Shown one piece after another: positions 1 through 10,120 of a stretch of 64,000 nucleotides of DNA. Positions within the stretch are counted from its first letter, which is position 1, and each line of letters starts with the position of its first letter. The notes beneath the pieces are model-generated. The model did no database searches. It was given only the letters and a program-made list of their open reading frames with translations, and was not told the DNA's origin. Origin of the DNA: a virus (Duplodnaviria; Caudoviricetes); the IMG/VR virus record IMGVR_UViG_3300026077_000001. The stretch is one strand, 5' to 3'. The position numbers were made by a program, and so were the translations under genes.

Positions 1-1
1 T

Positions 2-1303
2 GATGCAGTAAAAGGTAGAATACGTGAGGAGTTTGAAAACGTACTCTCACTCCTCGATTTTGATAGACGAGCATACGATATCTTCCGTAGATGGTATATC
101 GATGGTCGTCTTTTTTATCATAAGATGATTAATCCTGAGAAACCTCAGGAAGGACTTACGGAATTGAGATACATCGACCCCCGTAAGATTAAAAAGGTCA
201 TTGAGTTTGACAAACCTAAAGATAAGTTGTCACCTACTGACCCACAGGAAGCAACACTTGTACCAAAGTCTGTTGAGTATTACATATATGCTCCTAAAGG
301 ACTGAAAGGATTTGAGAATCGTGGTATAAAAATTGCACCTGACGCTATATGTTTTGTCCACTCAGGACAATTAGATATGCAGCGTAACCATGTGTTATCA
401 CACATGCATAAGAGTATTAAAGCACTCAATCAACTCCGCATGATTGAGGATAGTCTGGTAATTTACCGTCTATCTCGTGCTCCAGAGCGTAGAATTTTCT
501 ATATTGATGTAGGAAATCTTCCTAAGCAGAAGGCAGAGCAGTACCTCCGTGAGGTCATGTCTCGTTATAGGAATAAGTTAGTATATAATGCTGACACTGG
601 AGAGATTAGAGACGATAAAAAATTCATGTCTATGCTAGAGGACTTCTGGCTTCCTAGACGTGAGGGTGGAAGAGGCACAGAAATCTCTACACTACCAGGT
701 GGACAGAATTTAGGAGAGTTGGAAGATGTTAAGTACTTCCAGAAGAAGCTTTATCGCTCTCTTAATGTACCAGAGTCACGTTTAGAATCTGATAGTGCAT
801 TCAACGTAGGACGTAGTGCAGAAATCACACGTGATGAGGTAAAATTCCAGAAGTTTGTAGTAAGACTTCGTAAAAAGTTTGGCGATTTATTTAATGACCT
901 ACTTAAGACTCAGTTAGTTCTCAAGGGTGTACTCAGTCTTGATGAATGGGAAGAGTATAAGGAGCACATTCAATACGATTTTGTTGCTGACAACTACTTT
1001 AGTGAGTTGAAAGAGCAAGAGATTATGAATGAGCGTATGGCTCTTGTCGCACAGATGGATCCTTTCGCTGGTAAATACTTCTCGTTAGAGTATATGCGTC
1101 GTCAAATACTCAAGCAGACTGACCAAGAGTTTAAGGATATCCAGAAAGAGATGGATGCAGAGATTAAATCAGGTAAACTTGTTGATCCTGTCCTCATGCA
1201 GCAGTTAGAAGTGCAGCAAATGGAGATGTCTCTCATGCCTCCTGAGCCAGATCCTGCGGAACAAGGTATCGATCCCGCAGATTACAAAAAAGGAGATATC
1301 TAA
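2..1303 (+). CDS. g20: Portal vertex protein gp20, 5'-truncated by the window edge
   Basis: Frame is open from nt 2. Contains T4 gp20 motifs YRLSRAPERRIFYIDVGNLP and EDFWLPRREGGRGTEI. Confidence 0.97.
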   Translation, partial: DAVKGRIREEFENVLSLLDFDRRAYDIFRRWYIDGRLFYHKMINPEKPQEGLTELRYIDPRKIKKVIEFDKPKDKLSPTDPQEATLVPKSVEYYIYAPKGLKGFENRGIKIAPDAICFVHSGQLDMQRNHVLSHMHKSIKALNQLRMIEDSLVIYRLSRAPERRIFYIDVGNLPKQKAEQYLREVMSRYRNKLVYNADTGEIRDDKKFMSMLEDFWLPRREGGRGTEISTLPGGQNLGELEDVKYFQKKLYRSLNVPESRLESDSAFNVGRSAEITRDEVKFQKFVVRLRKKFGDLFNDLLKTQLVLKGVLSLDEWEEYKEHIQYDFVADNYFSELKEQEIMNERMALVAQMDPFAGKYFSLEYMRRQILKQTDQEFKDIQKEMDAEIKSGKLVDPVLMQQLEVQQMEMSLMPPEPDPAEQGIDPADYKKGDI

Positions 1304-1306
1304 ATA
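1301..1306 (+). promoter_or_regulatory. T4-type late promoter (TAAATA)
   Basis: TAAATA at the g20 stop, upstream of the head assembly genes. Confidence 0.6.
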
Positions 1307-1327
1307 GTATTATTGACATATATAATT

Positions 1328-1591
1328 ATGCCTACTCAAGTTGCAAGAGATATAGTAAACGCACTGTTTGCAGGACAGAAAGATCTGTCCGATTATGTTG
1401 TTCAAGGTATGAATGCTAAGGCATTAGATGCTATTGACGCTAAGAAACAGGACGTAGGAAAGCAGTTATTTAATCCACAGGAAGACGGTCCTGAAAACAC
1501 CGAGCAACCAGAGGATGCTGCACCACCTGAGGCAACAGCTGAAACAGAAACCGAGGAACCTAAAGATGAAACTGATCAGGGAGGAGATTGA
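1328..1591 (+). CDS. Prohead core protein (gp67/gp68 position)
   Basis: Small acidic ORF between g20 and g21. Call rests on synteny. Confidence 0.65.
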   Translation: MPTQVARDIVNALFAGQKDLSDYVVQGMNAKALDAIDAKKQDVGKQLFNPQEDGPENTEQPEDAAPPEATAETETEEPKDETDQGGD

Positions 1592-2213
1592 AACTGCCAA
1601 AGTAACAATCACCGAAGGTAAGAATGGTAAGAAACACCATTTTATCGAGGGTGTATTTTTGCAGGGGGAGATCAAAAACCGCAATGGTCGGATGTATCCT
1701 ATTTCGACGTTGCAGAGAGAAGCTGCTAACTACAGCACTAAGTACATCGACAAAGGTCGTGCCCTTGGTGAGTTAGGTCATCCTGATGGACCTACTATAA
1801 ATCTTGACCGTGTATCACATCTTATTACATCTCTTAAGCAAGAGGGTAATAATTACGTTGGTAAGGCAAGACTATTGGATACCCCTATGGGTAACATAGC
1901 AAAGAATTTGATTGATGAAGGAGTCAAACTGGGTGTTTCATCCCGTGGACTTGGCACAATCAGAGAAGAACGTGGAGTTAAAGTCGTATGTGATGACTTT
2001 ATGCTCGCCACGGCTGCCGATATAGTGGCAGACCCTTCCGCACCAGACGCTTTTGTGAATGGAATCATGGAAGGAAAGGAATGGATCTATAATAATGGAG
2101 CCGTTCAAGAGCAAACAGTAGAGCAAATTAAAAAAAGAATCGATAATGCTGCGATGAATCAGATGGAAGAGGTAAAACTTTCCGCATTTAACCAGTATTT
2201 AAAAGGTTTGTAA
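1566..2213 (+). CDS. g21: Prohead core protease gp21
   Basis: Motifs NRNGRMYP, ALGELGHP, GVSSRGLG and DIVADPSAPDAFV. Confidence 0.96.
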   Translation: MKLIREEIETAKVTITEGKNGKKHHFIEGVFLQGEIKNRNGRMYPISTLQREAANYSTKYIDKGRALGELGHPDGPTINLDRVSHLITSLKQEGNNYVGKARLLDTPMGNIAKNLIDEGVKLGVSSRGLGTIREERGVKVVCDDFMLATAADIVADPSAPDAFVNGIMEGKEWIYNNGAVQEQTVEQIKKRIDNAAMNQMEEVKLSAFNQYLKGL

Positions 2214-2226
2214 ATATTTGAACTGC

Positions 2227-2232
2227 TAAATA
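2227..2232 (+). promoter_or_regulatory. Late promoter (TAAATA)
   Basis: Intergenic TAAATA upstream of g22. Confidence 0.6.
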
Positions 2233-2270
2233 ATCTATAGCAATCGCAATTAAATTACGGAGAACTTCTA

Positions 2271-3317
2271 ATGTCAGAAGAGACTACAAAAACTCTGAAT
2301 GAATCAAGTGTTACCGCAGGAGCGAAGCCCGCAGAACCCCAAGGAAAGTTGGGACCCGACGGAAGTAGTCTCGCTGGTATCCAAGATTTAGGTGGACCTA
2401 CACCTTTCAATTCAAAACCAGATGACGATAGTAACAAAATGAAGACTATCGCTGGTGGAAACGCACAATCACCAACCACTAAACCATCTGATGCATCCGC
2501 ACAGAAGGCAGAATTTAGTGACAAGGGTGACGTAAAAGCAGGACACGAACCAGAAGGTGACGTGATTGCTGAAAATCCTGTAGAAACAGAGCGTGAAGTT
2601 ATTGAGGTTGACCTCAGTGCTGACGTTGCTGCTCTTACAGAAGGCGAGAACCTATCAGAAGAATTCAAAGAGAAAGCAAAAACTATCTTTGAAGCTGCTG
2701 TAGTTTCTAAGCTAAACGAAGAACTTGACCGTATGCATGAGGACTATGCAAAGGTCTTGTCAGAAGAAATTGAGACTGTGAAGACAGAACTTTCTGAGAA
2801 AGTTGATGACTATCTAACCTATGCTGTTGGACAGTGGATGGAGAAAAACTCCCTCGCTGTTGAAGCTGGTATTAAGGCAGAGATGGGAGAGTCAGTACTT
2901 CACGGACTTAAAAAAGTTTTTGTCGAGAATTACATTGAAATTCCCGACGAAAAAGTTGACCTAGTAGATGACCTACAAGGACAACTCAATAACATGGAAT
3001 CGAAACTCAACGAATCAATTGAAGAAAACGTTGGACTTTCTAAGAAAGTTGGCGGCTATATTAAGAATGGGATTGTGACAGAGATTGCAGAGGGCTTAAG
3101 TCTCTCTCAGAAGGAGAAGCTAGTCTCCCTCGCAGAAGCTGTTGAGTTTGAAAATGAAGATACTTTCAAAGAGAAAGTTTCTACACTACGTGAATCCTAT
3201 TTCTCTACAAAGCCTGAGAAGACTACGGTCTCTGAGGATGTCCAAGTAGAGAACGCACCAGAAAGCGGTAGTGCTATGGAAGCATATGCACAAGCAATCG
3301 CTAGATGGGGCAAATAA
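2271..3317 (+). CDS. g22: Prohead core scaffold protein gp22
   Basis: Motifs LSEEFKEKAKTIFEAAV and KVDDYLTY. Lies between g21 and g23. Confidence 0.95.
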   Translation: MSEETTKTLNESSVTAGAKPAEPQGKLGPDGSSLAGIQDLGGPTPFNSKPDDDSNKMKTIAGGNAQSPTTKPSDASAQKAEFSDKGDVKAGHEPEGDVIAENPVETEREVIEVDLSADVAALTEGENLSEEFKEKAKTIFEAAVVSKLNEELDRMHEDYAKVLSEEIETVKTELSEKVDDYLTYAVGQWMEKNSLAVEAGIKAEMGESVLHGLKKVFVENYIEIPDEKVDLVDDLQGQLNNMESKLNESIEENVGLSKKVGGYIKNGIVTEIAEGLSLSQKEKLVSLAEAVEFENEDTFKEKVSTLRESYFSTKPEKTTVSEDVQVENAPESGSAMEAYAQAIARWGK

Positions 3318-3354
3318 TCCACAATTTCTATTCTTAAACGGAGTCAGTTAACAA

Positions 3355-4722
3355 ATGTTTAACGCAGAATCACTCCAAGAGAAGTGGAACCCTATTCTTG
3401 AGCACTCTGAGCTCGATCCTATTAAGGATACTTATAGAAAAGCGGTTACATCAGTCCTCTTGGAAAACCAAGAAAAGTTTTTGAAAGAAGAGCGTGGTCT
3501 CGTAACTGAGGCAGCACCAACCAACTCATTGGGTGGTACAGGTTATTCAGGTGGCAGTACCGCAACAGGTCCTGTAGCAGGTTTTGACCCAGTTCTTATT
3601 TCACTAATTAGACGCTCGATGCCTAAGCTTATTGCTTATGACATCTGTGGAGTCCAACCGATGACAGGTCCTACTGGACTTATCTTCGCAATGAGATCCA
3701 CAAAAGGCACAAACAGAGATATCAACAACAGTGCAGTTGAAACATTCTTCAACGAAGTTGATACCGAGCATTCATCTGAGAACGATAGCAACGGTCTTGC
3801 ATCTAATACTCAGACAGGAAGCAACCCAGGTCTACTTGCAGACGCTGCTGGTAACTATACCATCGGTGGTCAAGGTATGACTACTGCTCAGTCTGAAGCA
3901 TTGGGTGACGCAGCTAACAACCACTTCAACGAGATGGGATTCTCGATTGAGAAGGTTACTGTTACTGCTAAGTCACGTGCTTTGAAAGCTGAGTACAGTT
4001 TAGAGCTTGCTCAAGACTTGAAGGCAGTTCACGGACTAGACGCTGAGTCTGAATTGGCAAACATCCTCTCAACAGAGGTACTTGCTGAGATCAACCGTGA
4101 AGTTGTAAGAACAGTCTACAAAATTGCTCGCCCAGGTGCACAAAACAACACAGCTACTGCTGGAGTATTCGACCTAGACGTTGACTCTAATGGTAGGTGG
4201 TCAGTTGAAAAATTTAAGGGACTTCTTTTCCAGATTGAAAGAGACATGAATGCCATCGGGCATGAAACTCGTCGTGGAAAGGGCAACATTCTCATCTGCT
4301 CTGCTGATGTAGCGTCTGCTCTCTCAATGGCTGGTGTCCTTGACTACTCTTCTGGACTTGCTAGTGCTGTTAACCCACTAGGAAACGTAGATGACAACTC
4401 TTCTACTCTAGTTGGTACCCTTAATGGACGCATTAAAGTTTATGTTGACCCTTATTCAGCTAACGTAAGTGACAATCACTTCTATGTTTCTGGATACAAA
4501 GGTTCTTCTGCTTATGATGCAGGTCTATTCTATTGTCCTTACGTGCCTCTACAAATGGTCAGAGCCGTAGGTCAAGACACATTCCAACCAAAAATCGGGT
4601 TTAAGACTCGTTACGGAATGGTTGCTAACCCATTTGCTGAAGGTCTTACACAAGGTGTAGGTGCTCTGACAGCTAATGCTAACCGCTACTATAGACGTGT
4701 TAAGGTAACAAACCTAATGTAA
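3355..4722 (+). CDS. g23: Major capsid protein gp23
   Basis: Motifs GVQPMTGPTGLIFAMR, KSRALKAEYSLELAQDLKAVHGLDAE and QPKIGFKTRYG. Confidence 0.99.
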   Translation: MFNAESLQEKWNPILEHSELDPIKDTYRKAVTSVLLENQEKFLKEERGLVTEAAPTNSLGGTGYSGGSTATGPVAGFDPVLISLIRRSMPKLIAYDICGVQPMTGPTGLIFAMRSTKGTNRDINNSAVETFFNEVDTEHSSENDSNGLASNTQTGSNPGLLADAAGNYTIGGQGMTTAQSEALGDAANNHFNEMGFSIEKVTVTAKSRALKAEYSLELAQDLKAVHGLDAESELANILSTEVLAEINREVVRTVYKIARPGAQNNTATAGVFDLDVDSNGRWSVEKFKGLLFQIERDMNAIGHETRRGKGNILICSADVASALSMAGVLDYSSGLASAVNPLGNVDDNSSTLVGTLNGRIKVYVDPYSANVSDNHFYVSGYKGSSAYDAGLFYCPYVPLQMVRAVGQDTFQPKIGFKTRYGMVANPFAEGLTQGVGALTANANRYYRRVKVTNLM

Positions 4723-4743
4723 TTCATATCGAATTCAACACAG

Positions 4744-4769
4744 AGAGACCCTTCGGGGTCTCTTTTTTT
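4744..4769 (+). terminator. Rho-independent terminator after g23
   Basis: AGAGACCC-TTCG-GGGTCTCT followed by a T run. Confidence 0.92.
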
Positions 4770-4810
4770 ATGCTATCATATCTAAATATTAGTGCAGAAT
4801 AGGTATAGCC

Positions 4811-4975
4811 ATGAACGGTAGGCTGACTAAAGTTGAGATGACTTCTAAACTCATGCAACTTAAGAGAGAGTTACACTATAAGTGTGAGATAGGTGAGAAA
4901 GGTAAGTGGGAATGTATAGGTGCCGACAATTATCTAAATAAAGCACTAGACGTACTAGACGAATATTGGATGTAG
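4811..4975 (+). CDS. Small hypothetical protein (54 aa)
   Basis: Translated by hand: MNGRLTKVEMTSK...LDEYWM. Preceded by TAAATA at 4783. Confidence 0.7.
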   Translation: MNGRLTKVEMTSKLMQLKRELHYKCEIGEKGKWECIGADNYLNKALDVLDEYWM

Positions 4976-4991
4976 TGCTATAATATGGAAC

Positions 4992-5306
4992 ATGACAGAA
5001 GAAACAATTAAATCACTATGTTATACTAAAGCAGAAGTTGATGCAATGATTGCAGCTGCTGTCGCAGAAGCACGTGCTATTGATGAAGAGTCCATGCGTA
5101 AGCATAACAGAGATGCTACTATCATCAGCATGATTCTGGGGTTCACATGTCTAGCATTATTTGTAGATGGATTACTTCGTATACTTGGTATCATTCCACC
5201 ATTCGCAGGTCTTGATGTTAATATCATCGATCAGATTGTGGAGAAGGTAAAGATGGAAGTTATACCACAGGTTGAGAAGTATAAAGGATATATACCGAGG
5301 ATATAA
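4992..5306 (+). CDS. Hypothetical membrane protein
   Basis: ORF with a hydrophobic segment IISMILGFTCLALFV. Confidence 0.75.
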   Translation: MTEETIKSLCYTKAEVDAMIAAAVAEARAIDEESMRKHNRDATIISMILGFTCLALFVDGLLRILGIIPPFAGLDVNIIDQIVEKVKMEVIPQVEKYKGYIPRI

Positions 5307-5579
5307 ATGCAAGCATTAATTATTCTCATGTCATTCTTGGATTTTTTATTCTATCCAACTATCTTTGCTACTCTATTTGCTGTAGCAGCAGAGCAGATAG
5401 TTATGAGGATAGATGAGGGAAGATACCAAGGATTGATTATGGGCACTAGGAGACTAAGAAAATTCTTTTGGAGACAGGCACTCATAGTAAATGTGCTATG
5501 GTTTCTTGGTTATGCTATACTAAATATTACAATTGGAAGACAGGCATCACAAATGCCTGATATGATTTGGCAGGGATAA
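5307..5579 (+). CDS. Hypothetical membrane protein
   Basis: Two hydrophobic segments. Abuts both neighbours. Confidence 0.7.
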   Translation: MQALIILMSFLDFLFYPTIFATLFAVAAEQIVMRIDEGRYQGLIMGTRRLRKFFWRQALIVNVLWFLGYAILNITIGRQASQMPDMIWQG

Positions 5580-5580
5580 A

Positions 5581-6270
5581 GTGGTAGATGACATTGCGAG
5601 GTTGATTCGTACCGTTGCTGAGAGCATTACAGGGTATGAGAAAATCGACTGTGAATTTGAATTAATTGAAAAGGGTGAGGACTTTTGGATTAAGAATGAG
5701 ATGTGGAAAGCACCAGGTCTCAGGAAGATTCATCTGGAGACTTGCTATGTAAAGGGATTAGATGTACTACACTGTGTATTCTTCCCTGACTTTGAATATA
5801 ACCTACCTATATTTGGATGTGATGTTATTGCTAGTAAGTATAGAAAGATTACTATCGTTGATGTGTCACCTGTTAGAGGTACGGAGTGGGTATATCCAAA
5901 CATTGCTAAAGCAAGTAATAAGTATAGGTTTAAAGAACCACAGTTGAGACCAGAGTGGGGTGATATCTTCTCTGATTATATGAAGTTTCAACGTCTTAGG
6001 ACAGAGAAGGAGTGTATTGATTTCTATTTGGTACTACGTGAGTATCTTGAGATCTATCGTGATGCTATTGATAAGGCAGAGAAGACAGATTGGATTGATG
6101 CAATGATTGCATTAGATGACCAGATACATTACAGTAACCAACAGAGAAAGAATCAGAAAACCATTGCTACTTTGTCTGCATGGTTCGATAAGGATTGGGC
6201 TATGTCTTACATAAATAATATTTTATTCTGTACCCCTAATGAAAGAGATAGAAGAATTGTGGGAGACTGA
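5581..6270 (+). CDS. pcyA: Ferredoxin-dependent bilin reductase, PcyA-like (copy 1)
   Basis: Motifs RKIHLE, LDVLHCVFFP, PIFGCD and QRKNQKT correspond to the PcyA catalytic segments. Confidence 0.85.
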   Translation: MVDDIARLIRTVAESITGYEKIDCEFELIEKGEDFWIKNEMWKAPGLRKIHLETCYVKGLDVLHCVFFPDFEYNLPIFGCDVIASKYRKITIVDVSPVRGTEWVYPNIAKASNKYRFKEPQLRPEWGDIFSDYMKFQRLRTEKECIDFYLVLREYLEIYRDAIDKAEKTDWIDAMIALDDQIHYSNQQRKNQKTIATLSAWFDKDWAMSYINNILFCTPNERDRRIVGD

Positions 6271-6370
6271 CGAGAAGGAACTTGCCAAAGTCCAAAAGGA
6301 AGGTGGCGATATTCTTTTTGAAGAGGATCCAGTAATGAAATTAAAGTTTAGCGATTATAAATCACCATGA
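6239..6370 (+). CDS. Small hypothetical protein (43 aa)
   Basis: Translated by hand: MKEIEELWETD...DYKSP. Its stop overlaps the next ATG (ATGA). Confidence 0.55.
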   Translation: MKEIEELWETDEKELAKVQKEGGDILFEEDPVMKLKFSDYKSP

Positions 6371-6549
6371 AATTAATTGTATATCCCAGTGGGATAATTG
6401 AAGACGAAACAGGTACTGCTATATACCAGTCATCTGTCTCACAACAACATGCTAGGGAAGTCTTACATGAAACCATTGAGCAGAAAGGTATGACTTTGGT
6501 TGAGGAGTGGGAAATGGATGACGAATCAATAGAAGTAACAGTAGGATGA
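6367..6549 (+). CDS. Hypothetical protein
   Basis: ORF coupled to its neighbours by ATGA overlaps. Confidence 0.65.
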   Translation: MKLIVYPSGIIEDETGTAIYQSSVSQQHAREVLHETIEQKGMTLVEEWEMDDESIEVTVG

Positions 6550-6875
6550 CAGCATGGTTACTATTAGCAGCGATGTTATTTCTTACAGTTAGTACTGTAA
6601 GGTATTTTGTGATGGTTTATAATTGGAAGGGTGATAAACCTGCTCCTACTAAACCATCTGTTAGTAGTAAACAAATAACTAGACCAGTACATCCTGAGTT
6701 AGTAGATGTCAAACCAGGAGATGAGTTACTTATAGTAAGTTTTAATAAACCTGTAGCTAAAGACCCTCTTCATGCTTCACTACAGAATAGGATTAATGAG
6801 TTAAATGATCCTTGGGATGATGATGATGAAGAAGATGATGGTGACGGAGATGTCCCAGCAATACTAAATAGGTAG
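6546..6875 (+). CDS. DUF2973-like membrane protein (copy 1)
   Basis: N-terminal TM helix, HPELVDVKPGDELL motif and acidic tail. Paralogue at 58436. Confidence 0.6.
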   Translation: MTAWLLLAAMLFLTVSTVRYFVMVYNWKGDKPAPTKPSVSSKQITRPVHPELVDVKPGDELLIVSFNKPVAKDPLHASLQNRINELNDPWDDDDEEDDGDGDVPAILNR

Positions 6876-6892
6876 GAGACCTGCGTGAACTA

Positions 6893-7453
6893 ATGACCAC
6901 TTGGAATAAACAAATAGAGAATAGGAATTTCCTGTCACCGATAGGTTTCAAATTCACATTGGCAAAATTTCCAAAGGTGAGTTACTTCTGTCAGGCTGCT
7001 AATATTCCTTCAATGAATTTAAACATTCAGCAGCAACCTACACCATTTAGGGCACTGCCAATGGAAGGTTTTATTGAGTATGACCCTTTAAATATATCAT
7101 TCTTAATCGATGAAGACCTAGAAAACTTTATGATTATCCATAACTGGATACGTGGTTTAGGTACACCCGATGGATATGCAGACAGAGTACGCTATAATGA
7201 GAGGATGAAGACCGTACTTAATATGCCAGACCAAGATAAGTATGGTGATGCTACTCTAATAGTCCTTAATAGTAACTTCAAAGCAAACTTTGAGGTAGTG
7301 TTTAAGGATTTGTATCCCATGTCTATCTCAGCACTGGAGTTTAATGCTTCAGTTGATGGCACAGAGTATGCAATGGGTCAAGTATCCTTTAAATATACTG
7401 GATACGAAGTAAGGACAGCAGATACTAGCGAGAAAGTTACTAAATTATCATGA
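6893..7453 (+). CDS. g3: Tail completion / tube terminator gp3-like protein
   Basis: NRNFLSPIGFKF...FCQAANIP motif. Lies upstream of uvsY. Confidence 0.85.
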   Translation: MTTWNKQIENRNFLSPIGFKFTLAKFPKVSYFCQAANIPSMNLNIQQQPTPFRALPMEGFIEYDPLNISFLIDEDLENFMIIHNWIRGLGTPDGYADRVRYNERMKTVLNMPDQDKYGDATLIVLNSNFKANFEVVFKDLYPMSISALEFNASVDGTEYAMGQVSFKYTGYEVRTADTSEKVTKLS

Positions 7454-7734
7454 GTGGTTATACTAAGGAGGACATCAAAAGGATATTAGGATCCTCTTGG
7501 CCTACCATGCCTGAAGACCATGAGACTGGTAATGAATTGAGAAAGAGAAAAGGTAGAGAGATGAGGGCAGGGAAGAGACCTTACCCTGTATATGGGGCAA
7601 AGAAAACTGGTCCCAACTTTGATGAGAATGGTAAATACATTTACCCAGAAGGGTCAGGTTTTAGGTATACTGATTACTTAAGAGATAATCCTGATTCAAC
7701 TGAAGCAAGTTGTTATGGAAACAAAGTATCATGA
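7450..7734 (+). CDS. Hypothetical protein (copy 1)
   Basis: N-terminal half is nearly identical to the ORF at 63703. Confidence 0.75.
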   Translation: MSGYTKEDIKRILGSSWPTMPEDHETGNELRKRKGREMRAGKRPYPVYGAKKTGPNFDENGKYIYPEGSGFRYTDYLRDNPDSTEASCYGNKVS

Positions 7735-8174
7735 ATTTGGAAAAAATTGAGGAGTTGTGGGCAAAAGATTCTGAGGCATTCTTTGACCACAGGGAGTTAC
7801 CTGAGTTGCTTGCCAACGATAGTATGGAAACACCCCGACTCCATGCAAAATATTTGCAATTATATAATGAGTTTAAACTCATGCTCTCTGATGCTGAGGT
7901 TAAATACAGTAAGACATATAAAGAGAAGTGGTTATATTACAACGGTAAAGCACCTGCATCTGTCTACGCAGAGAAACCTTTTGACCTTAAGGTACTAAAA
8001 GGTGACCTTGACATGTTCATAGACAGCGACCCTGAAGTGGCCAAGGTGAAACAGAAAAAAGATTACTTAGAAACTTGTATAAATTGTATTGATAGGATTC
8101 TTAAGCAGATTGACTCACGTGGATTTGCTATCAAGAACACTATCGAAATTGTAAAGTATTATGGCATCAGGTGA
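7731..8174 (+). CDS. uvsY: Recombination mediator UvsY
   Basis: Motifs LHAKYL, KWLYYNGKA and SRGFAIKNTIE. Adjacent to uvsW. Confidence 0.92.
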   Translation: MNLEKIEELWAKDSEAFFDHRELPELLANDSMETPRLHAKYLQLYNEFKLMLSDAEVKYSKTYKEKWLYYNGKAPASVYAEKPFDLKVLKGDLDMFIDSDPEVAKVKQKKDYLETCINCIDRILKQIDSRGFAIKNTIEIVKYYGIR

Positions 8175-9628
8175 CTACTATAATAAAAAAGAATGAAGTC
8201 TTTTTGAAGGTAGAAGCGGAAGCTCACCTTCATAAAGAATTGTCTGAGCACTTCTGCTTTGAAGTTCCTGGTGCAAAGTATATGCCAGCAGTCAAACGTA
8301 GGTATTGGGACGGTAAGATTCGTCTATACTCTCCTGGCACTGGTGAAATCTACGTTGGTCTCTATGAGTATCTACTTCACTACCTAGAAGATAAAGGGTA
8401 CCATTATAATGTAGAGACTGATGAAGTATATGGACACCCTAATGAGGTAAATGACAATGTTACACCTGAAAGCGTTGCGACTTTTGTTCGTGCTCTTCAA
8501 TTACCATTCAGGATACGTGATTACCAATTGCGAGGACTTTACCAAGCAATTAAATTTCATCGCAAACTACTACTATCGCCCACAGGATCTGGAAAATCAC
8601 TCATAATCTATACCTTGGTACGTTGGCACCTTCAATTTAATAGGGAGGTACTAATCATTGTTCCTACTGTCTCTCTTGTAGAACAGTTGTATAAGGATTT
8701 TATAGAGTATGGTTGGTATGTCGAGGATATTGTTCATAAGATTAAAGGAGGTACAGAAAAATATGTCAGTAATCCAGTCATTATATCAACTTGGCAGAGC
8801 ATTTACAAGGAACCCAGTAAGTTCTTTGAACGTTTTGATGTCATTATCGGGGATGAAGCACATCTGTATAAAGCTAAATCACTCACGAGCATCCTTACGA
8901 AGTGTCGTGATGCGAAGTATAAGGTCGGTCTAACTGGTACCTTAGATGGTCTTGAGAGTCACCAACTTGTCCTAGAAGGATTGTTTGGTAGGGTTGATAG
9001 GGTAACTAAAACCATTGACTTGATGGAGAAAGGACAACTGTCAGACCTTAAGGTGCGGGTACTACTACTCAAGCATGGGTATGTTCCTTTTGATTCTTAT
9101 CAACAGGAGATGGATTACATCTGCTCACACACCAGACGTAGCAACTTCATTGCTAAGTTGGCACTAGACCTAGAAGGTAACACTTTAGTCTTATTTAATT
9201 ACATAGAAAAGCATGGTGATCCCTTATGGGAGATCATAAATAATAGAGTAGAGGAGAATCGTAAGATTTTCTTTATACACGGAGGAGTAGATGCAGTAGA
9301 AAGGGAAGAGGCTCGTAAGATTTGCGAAACTCAAAAGGATGCTATAATATTGGCATCATACGGAACCTTCTCAACTGGTATCAACATCCGTAATCTACAT
9401 AATGTAATCTTCGCATCACCTAGTAAGTCTAGGGTGAGGAATCTACAGTCTATCGGTAGGGTATTAAGGAAGGGTGAGAATAAATCTCAAGCTGTCCTAT
9501 ATGATATTGCTGATGACTGTCATAGAGGTTCATCATATAATTATACTTTCAGACACTTAGTTGAGAGAATGAAAATCTATGATGAAGAAGGTTTTGACTA
9601 TGAAGTAATTAAGGTAAATCTTAAATGA
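8171..9628 (+). CDS. uvsW: SF2 DNA helicase UvsW
   Basis: Walker A SPTGSGKS, DEAH box, GLTGT and LQSIGRVLR. Confidence 0.97.
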   Translation: MTTIIKKNEVFLKVEAEAHLHKELSEHFCFEVPGAKYMPAVKRRYWDGKIRLYSPGTGEIYVGLYEYLLHYLEDKGYHYNVETDEVYGHPNEVNDNVTPESVATFVRALQLPFRIRDYQLRGLYQAIKFHRKLLLSPTGSGKSLIIYTLVRWHLQFNREVLIIVPTVSLVEQLYKDFIEYGWYVEDIVHKIKGGTEKYVSNPVIISTWQSIYKEPSKFFERFDVIIGDEAHLYKAKSLTSILTKCRDAKYKVGLTGTLDGLESHQLVLEGLFGRVDRVTKTIDLMEKGQLSDLKVRVLLLKHGYVPFDSYQQEMDYICSHTRRSNFIAKLALDLEGNTLVLFNYIEKHGDPLWEIINNRVEENRKIFFIHGGVDAVEREEARKICETQKDAIILASYGTFSTGINIRNLHNVIFASPSKSRVRNLQSIGRVLRKGENKSQAVLYDIADDCHRGSSYNYTFRHLVERMKIYDEEGFDYEVIKVNLK

Positions 9629-10062
9629 GTATCAATTACATCAAACACGAACAAGAATTCTACGGAGTATGTAAACTCATCTCTGGAGAAACAATCATCG
9701 GTTCAATGATTGCAACCGAAGAAGATAATGAACCAGGTGTTACTCTCCTATATGTTTCAGATCCTGCTGTTGCACAGCAACATTCTGTTGAGAAGGATGG
9801 ACAGATGGGTATGGCAGTTGGATTTATTAAGTGGATGATGTGGTCTAGTGAGGATTTTTATATAATTGAAGAGAAAGATATACTCACTGTTGCTCCTATG
9901 TCTATGGAGTCCATACTTATGTACAAGATGTGGTTGCGTAAGGAATGTGGTGGGGAAAAGAATGATAATGCAGTAGATGTTAATAAGAATATGGGTCTAG
10001 TTGGTAAGGTATCAGACGCTAGAAAGAAGTTGGAAGACATCTGGAAAATGTCTTCGGGTTGA
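9625..10062 (+). CDS. Conserved T4-like hypothetical protein (possibly Sm-like fold)
   Basis: KLISGETIIG motif. Lies between uvsW and g55. Confidence 0.65.
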   Translation: MSINYIKHEQEFYGVCKLISGETIIGSMIATEEDNEPGVTLLYVSDPAVAQQHSVEKDGQMGMAVGFIKWMMWSSEDFYIIEEKDILTVAPMSMESILMYKMWLRKECGGEKNDNAVDVNKNMGLVGKVSDARKKLEDIWKMSSG

Positions 10063-10087
10063 CGAGCGACTTAATATATCTTATAAT
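10059..10087 (+). promoter_or_regulatory. Sigma70-type promoter upstream of g55
   Basis: TTGACG-N17-TATAAT. Confidence 0.8.
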
Positions 10088-10120
10088 ATAAAATATGCGA
10101 AAAGGATAACTGTGAGAAAA

